Shown here piece after piece: positions 59,201 through 64,000 of a stretch of 64,000 nt of DNA. Positions within the stretch are counted from its first letter, which is position 1. The number at the start of each line of letters is the position of its first letter. Origin of the DNA: Spirogloea muscicola (taxonomy: Eukaryota); the NCBI GenBank assembly GCA_009602725.1, contig WELB01000025.1, positions 391,276 to 455,275 of the forward strand, given 5' to 3'. The position numbers were made by a program, and so were the translations under genes. A model generated the notes under the pieces. The model made no database searches. It saw nothing but the letters and a program-made list of their open reading frames with translations, and was not told the DNA's origin.

Positions 59201-61983
59201 GAAAATTATATTGCGGAGCTAGAGGTCACAATATTCTGCAATTGGTGCAACCATTGTCCTCTCTGGTAACAACTCCGCGGTACTCGTCATGGTCCTGTGC
59301 AGGGGTCCCTAGCCCGAGTGGGCGACTTGAGATTCTACAAGCTATTCTGCACGACCAGCCTCACAAGCTTAACAAAGATGACATCCATAGCTTAGCTGCC
59401 ATCACCCACGGCTTCGTGGGTGCTGACTTGACAGCTCTCTGCAATGAAGCAGCCATGTGCGCGTTGCGGAAGTTTGTGGCATCACAAGGTGAAGCCCAGG
59501 ATCCTTATTGTGGTGAAGCCAGCTCAAGGGTAGGTGAGCCTGCAGGTGAGCCTAGTAGGGCTCCAGGTATGGACCCGGTCAGCCCGCTGGCAGCCGAAGT
59601 TGCAACCTTGAGCCTCTCAGACAGCTTGGATATAGCTGGTTGTGCAATTGCTGCTAAGGATCCGAAGACCTTCTTCAATGAGAGGATGCAAGGACAATCT
59701 CTGGAGGATCAACTTGCTATGGACCTTGAAGACTTTGAGCATGCAAAGACTGTAGTGAGACCGAGTGCCTTGCGAGAGGTCAGTCAGCTTGTCCATTGGT
59801 CCACAGGAGTGTGTAACCTTTCCTTTGATGTCTTGCTTGCGTTGCTTCAATGTCCTGTGAACTGGGTTAGATAGCAGCAGTCATGCACGCAGCTTAAAGT
59901 GGGTGGCAGCTTTTGTGACTTGGTGATTCGGCTCTTGTTGCTTAACCTTGCCAGGTCATGATTGAGATCCCCAAGGTTCATTGGTCTGACATCGGAGGTC
60001 TTGAAGACATAAAGCAGGTAGGTCATCGTGGAAGGGAACCGGTAACAGACTTGCTCTGTGTCACAAGGAGGTGCAGTTCCTTGGACAGGGCAGGAGTTTC
60101 AGTATCAGCGCAGGCAATAATTCGACTTTGCAGCATATTCTGCAAAGTCAAAAATTATATATGATGGTAACAAGGTGGGACCGAGAGCAGCTAGAAAGCT
60201 TACATAAGACGCGCAGTTTGTGGAAGAATTAAATGAGTGTAACGCTGTGCAGAGACTCCAAGAGGCAGTGGAGTGGCCTCAGAAGCACGCAGATGCCTTT
60301 GTCAGGCTTGGGGCTAAGAGACCTCGTGGTGTGCTGCTTTATGGACCGCCTGGTTGCAGCAAAACACTGTTGGCCCGGTGCGTATGCGCAAAATGGAAGA
60401 GTCATGGTTGTTTAAGCAATATGTATGGTCTAGGGCCTTATGGGCAGAGCACAGAGTAACTCAGGAAGTCGATGGACTTCCAGCATTTGGCAGGATCACA
60501 TTAAGGTGCTATACATATTTCCAGTTGTTTTTTGAATGCATATCCGATACATGGATAAATTCGAGGTTTGAGTTTCTGTGGCAGGGCTGTGGCGACCGAA
60601 GGCGGCCTCAACTTTCTCTCTGTAAAGGTATGCGACAGCAACTTCTCCAGGAGCTGCAAGCATGACAAAAGTGGCCATGACATCCTGTAATCAAGCCCAA
60701 ATGTCGTAGTCAACGTAAATACTGATACACTCTAAGACATCTCTTCGTTGTCGCAGGGTCCAGAGCTTTTCAACAAGTTTGTGGGTGAATCAGAGAAAGC
60801 CGTCAAGGCTCTGTTTGCACTGGCTCAGAAAACATCACCTTCAGTTATCTTCTTTGATGAGATTGATGGCTTGGCTGCGGCTCGGGGTAGCAGTGGCTCA
60901 AGTGAGGATGGAATAAGTGTGGGAGACCGCGTCCTCAGTCAGTTGCTCGTTGAGATGGACGGTGAGCAACTACCACCCATTACTGCAGCACCTCCGCTTT
61001 GGCGCATGCACATATTTTTCACGTCGAGTTTCTGTTATTTATGCTTCTTCTCACATTTGATGCAGGCTTGAGCCCTCTTGGAGGGGTAGTAGTGATTGCA
61101 GCAACAAATCGACCAGATGTGTTGGACCCAGCATTGTTGCGACCAGGCATGACTCCTTCAGATTGGCCTCCACTTTTGGACGCGCTCAGACGAAGTTACT
61201 AAATTGCAGTTCTATTTGTGGTCATGCCATAATTGCTTTGAAGTTGTAGTAGAGGCCTCACTCAATAAACCCACCTCCTGACTTCCAAGAACTGGTCAGT
61301 CTAAGAGGCCTTCCCTTGCTGTCTTAGCAAGTGTGCTCGCTAACATTGAAGTTGATCAGAGTACCATATGACCCTGATTGCTCTCCCTTGCTCTTCCTCT
61401 CAAACAGGTCGATTTGACCGTTTGCTATTTGTTGGGCCGCCTGACTGCACTGCACGGAAGACTATCTTTGACATCCATCTGAGGCGGACACCTTGCCATG
61501 AGGACGTACAGCTTTTTGAGCTGGTAGCCAAAACAGAGGGCTACACAGGGGCAGATGTTGCTGCTGTCTGCCGTGAGGCTGCTCTTTCTGCATTAGAGGT
61601 ATGCTCTTACACCAGACACCTTAAGCCCCAGGAAAAATGAAAATCACATAGTCAGGACTACAAGTGCTCATTGCATTGGCACGTCTTTCTTTGTCAGGGC
61701 CTCATAGGCTGTGTCAACCGTAAATCTTCTAGAAGTAACATGATCAAAGAAATCTTGCATATGGCCTACCCTCTCAAGATCTTCGATTTTGGTATGAGAC
61801 TTGCTCACACAACGATGCAGGGCATCGGATAAATTAGTAAAGTAAGATTGTACTTGGACTCTGCAGGAAACATTGGAGGCTACTGAGGTACACATGCGCC
61901 ACTTTGGAGCAGCTCTAGCTTGCGTACCACCCAGTATCTCACAGTTGGATATAAGTCAGTATCAGAGCTTACAGCGAGGATGA
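56275..61983 (+). CDS. CIP111: CDC48-family double AAA+ ATPase, calmodulin-interacting protein 111 / AFG2 (SPATA5)-like; multi-exon
   Basis: N-terminal [14 protein letters not shown]...[14 protein letters not shown]1: [50 protein letters not shown]2: [57 protein letters not shown]. The CSKT Walker A is typical of AFG2/CIP111. Stop TGA 61981-61983. Confidence 0.92.
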
Positions 61984-64000
61984 AGAGACGCCTTCCAAGC
62001 TATCTGGCTGCAAGACTTCTTTTAACAATCTGTGCTCTTATCTCAGTAGTACTGTACATTGTCGCTGTGAAAGCCCTAGTCCTACTTCTTTTTGACTTCA
62101 GACCATGGTCAGAGCTATATGAAAAACAACAGAACAGAATCTCTCAAGCTAGCAGCACATTTTTTCTCCAAGCTGGTGCATCTTGCCAGTCCTTTCAAAC
62201 AGCATCTCCTTGTGTCTTGGCTAACTGCGCCAAGATTGTGCAACGTCCTGCTTCAAGACGTACGTGTGCTGATCGAAATCATCAGGGTGTTTCAGTGCCG
62301 GACCTGATTGAGTGCTTGAATACTTAAGCCCAGTGTACAGGTAGTTCAGAATGTATGTTGGCGTGATCGCAAGGTGAGGACTGGATGAGGGGCAGGATGT
62401 GCGACTGTCTCAATTCTCGGACTCTGCATGCTCACAGAAGACGAATGTGGGTCAAGACAGTCGCACATCGTGTCCCTCATCAGTTCTCACCTTGCGATCA
62501 TCAGAGGATGTCCTCACACCTCTCTTGTGTGCTCCTTGTGTGCAGCGCTCAGTGTGTCAATTTGCAATAGTATTGGTGACACGAAGACATCCAGCTCTTG
62601 TTTCATGGATCACGTATTTCATGCCAGTGCAGAGCGCTGATATGTGACATAGTAAATAATAGCTGGATGTATTCGTGTCACCAATACTACCGCATATTGA
62701 CAGAATAGTTCCCTAGCCCATATCGGAGATCCACCATATACTTACGTCAAACAGAGTGCGCAAACCACAGGTTTGTCAGATTTATCTGTCACTAGCAAGA
62801 GGATGACACACGAGTTTAGCTAAGCAACTACCCTGTCCAAATCTATGTCTTCTGCTTGTGCACATGACAATTGAAAGAAGCAAATTAAAGAGACTTATTG
62901 CAACTCGAGGAGACAATTCTTGAGGATATGGTACAATCTCTTAAGTCAATACAGCTATCTGTGTAAATGAGAAGGTAAGGAAGTTTATGTGGGTAAGTGG
63001 CTTGCTACGATGTAGAAGTTGCCACCATTATACCTCTTCACCTCAGCTTTCACATCGTGGCAAGCCACATAATCTCCTTACCTTCTCATTTACAAGAGGT
63101 GTAATGGTTAGGGGGTAGAGAGAAGAAGAAGAGATTGTATTGTAGGCACGTAAAAGAACCTGACTCTCTTTAAGGGGGCGGGAATCAGGATAGTTTGGAG
63201 GGGAAGAAAAGTGCTGACACAAATTGGCAAGCATGATATGTGACATCTTCTTGGATCCTCTACTTTACAGCGCAAGTAATGGAAAAATGCACACAACCAA
63301 ATTTACATATTTGTGAGATACAGTTTTTGTGATGGCGACAATTTCAGGTTTTCCAAGCTATATTTCCCAGCGACATTGTCCAATTCTGTTGACTTTTTCC
63401 CTTCACTTTGCTGTATTTTGAAAGTGATATTTTTGTTTAAATGGCAGGAGATAGTAGGTGGGAGTTAAGAGGGGTTTACTCTATTGTTGAACGGAAAGAT
63501 AGTTTGATTATGTGTTACGCTGCTGTGTTGACTACATTATACATGATTTCCAATTTCCTTTTTAGCTACTCAGAGAGAAATTTCAGTTGAAATTACTGTT
63601 TATATAGGAGTGACAAATTGTTTTGACACTGTGACAAATCTCTTGAGAACTCACATGTGCTTTTCACTGTTACAATCAATATTTTCCAACCTTCTTTTTC
63701 TTAGGGAAATTTGCTGTAAAGATTAGCTGAGTGACAACAACATTGATTGTCTAACCTGATGTTACGATTTTCTAATGATTCAATGGCACACAGTATGGGT
63801 CAAGTATTTTTGACTAGGTGTGCACTTGTAGCGGATTGTTTGGTATGGTGGAGTTTCACAAATTGTTTGTGTTCTGGCGTGATTTATGGTTTCACAATAC
63901 GATGATGGACTGACGTGTAAACATTGTGCAAATATAATTTTTCGCTCAATGAAACAAATATGTACATATATACATGACTACGTGACTACACAATTTCATC

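Noticed and set aside
61920..62327. 135-aa ORF with a hydrophobic stretch
   Set aside because: Overlaps the last ATPase exon in another frame, starts at a non-ATG codon, has no recognisable motif and is likely 3' UTR.

Overview
Eukaryotic nuclear DNA, not prokaryotic. The intron-rich plant-type genes and GC-rich first exons suggest a streptophyte green alga or early-diverging plant (inference). Bases ~1-38,900 are a nest of decayed retroelements. It holds at least five Ty3/gypsy gag-pol remnants (one retains an integrase chromodomain), LTRs of about four families including two solo LTRs with near-perfect 5-bp target-site duplications, a pol-less LTR element, and many fragments of a CRE-clade non-LTR retrotransposon. 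Bases ~39,000-62,000 carry four host genes: an ACT-domain STY8/17/46-type kinase, a small two-helix plastid-type membrane protein gene missed by the ORF track, a PAO/PTC52-like Rieske oxygenase and a CIP111/AFG2-type double-AAA ATPase. Between them lie an inverted pair of gypsy integrase fragments and a near full-length decayed CRE element. Four observations stand out. (1) The gypsy elements carry a conserved extra domain between gag and protease that resembles a degenerate DNA N6-adenine methyltransferase. (2) A single ~24-kb inversion would rejoin a split nested LTR element and its target-site duplication. (3) CRE 3'-UTR modules are stacked at host gene boundaries. (4) There appears to be a bipartite non-autonomous CRE derivative. 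All alignments were made by eye, so boundaries of decayed elements are approximate.
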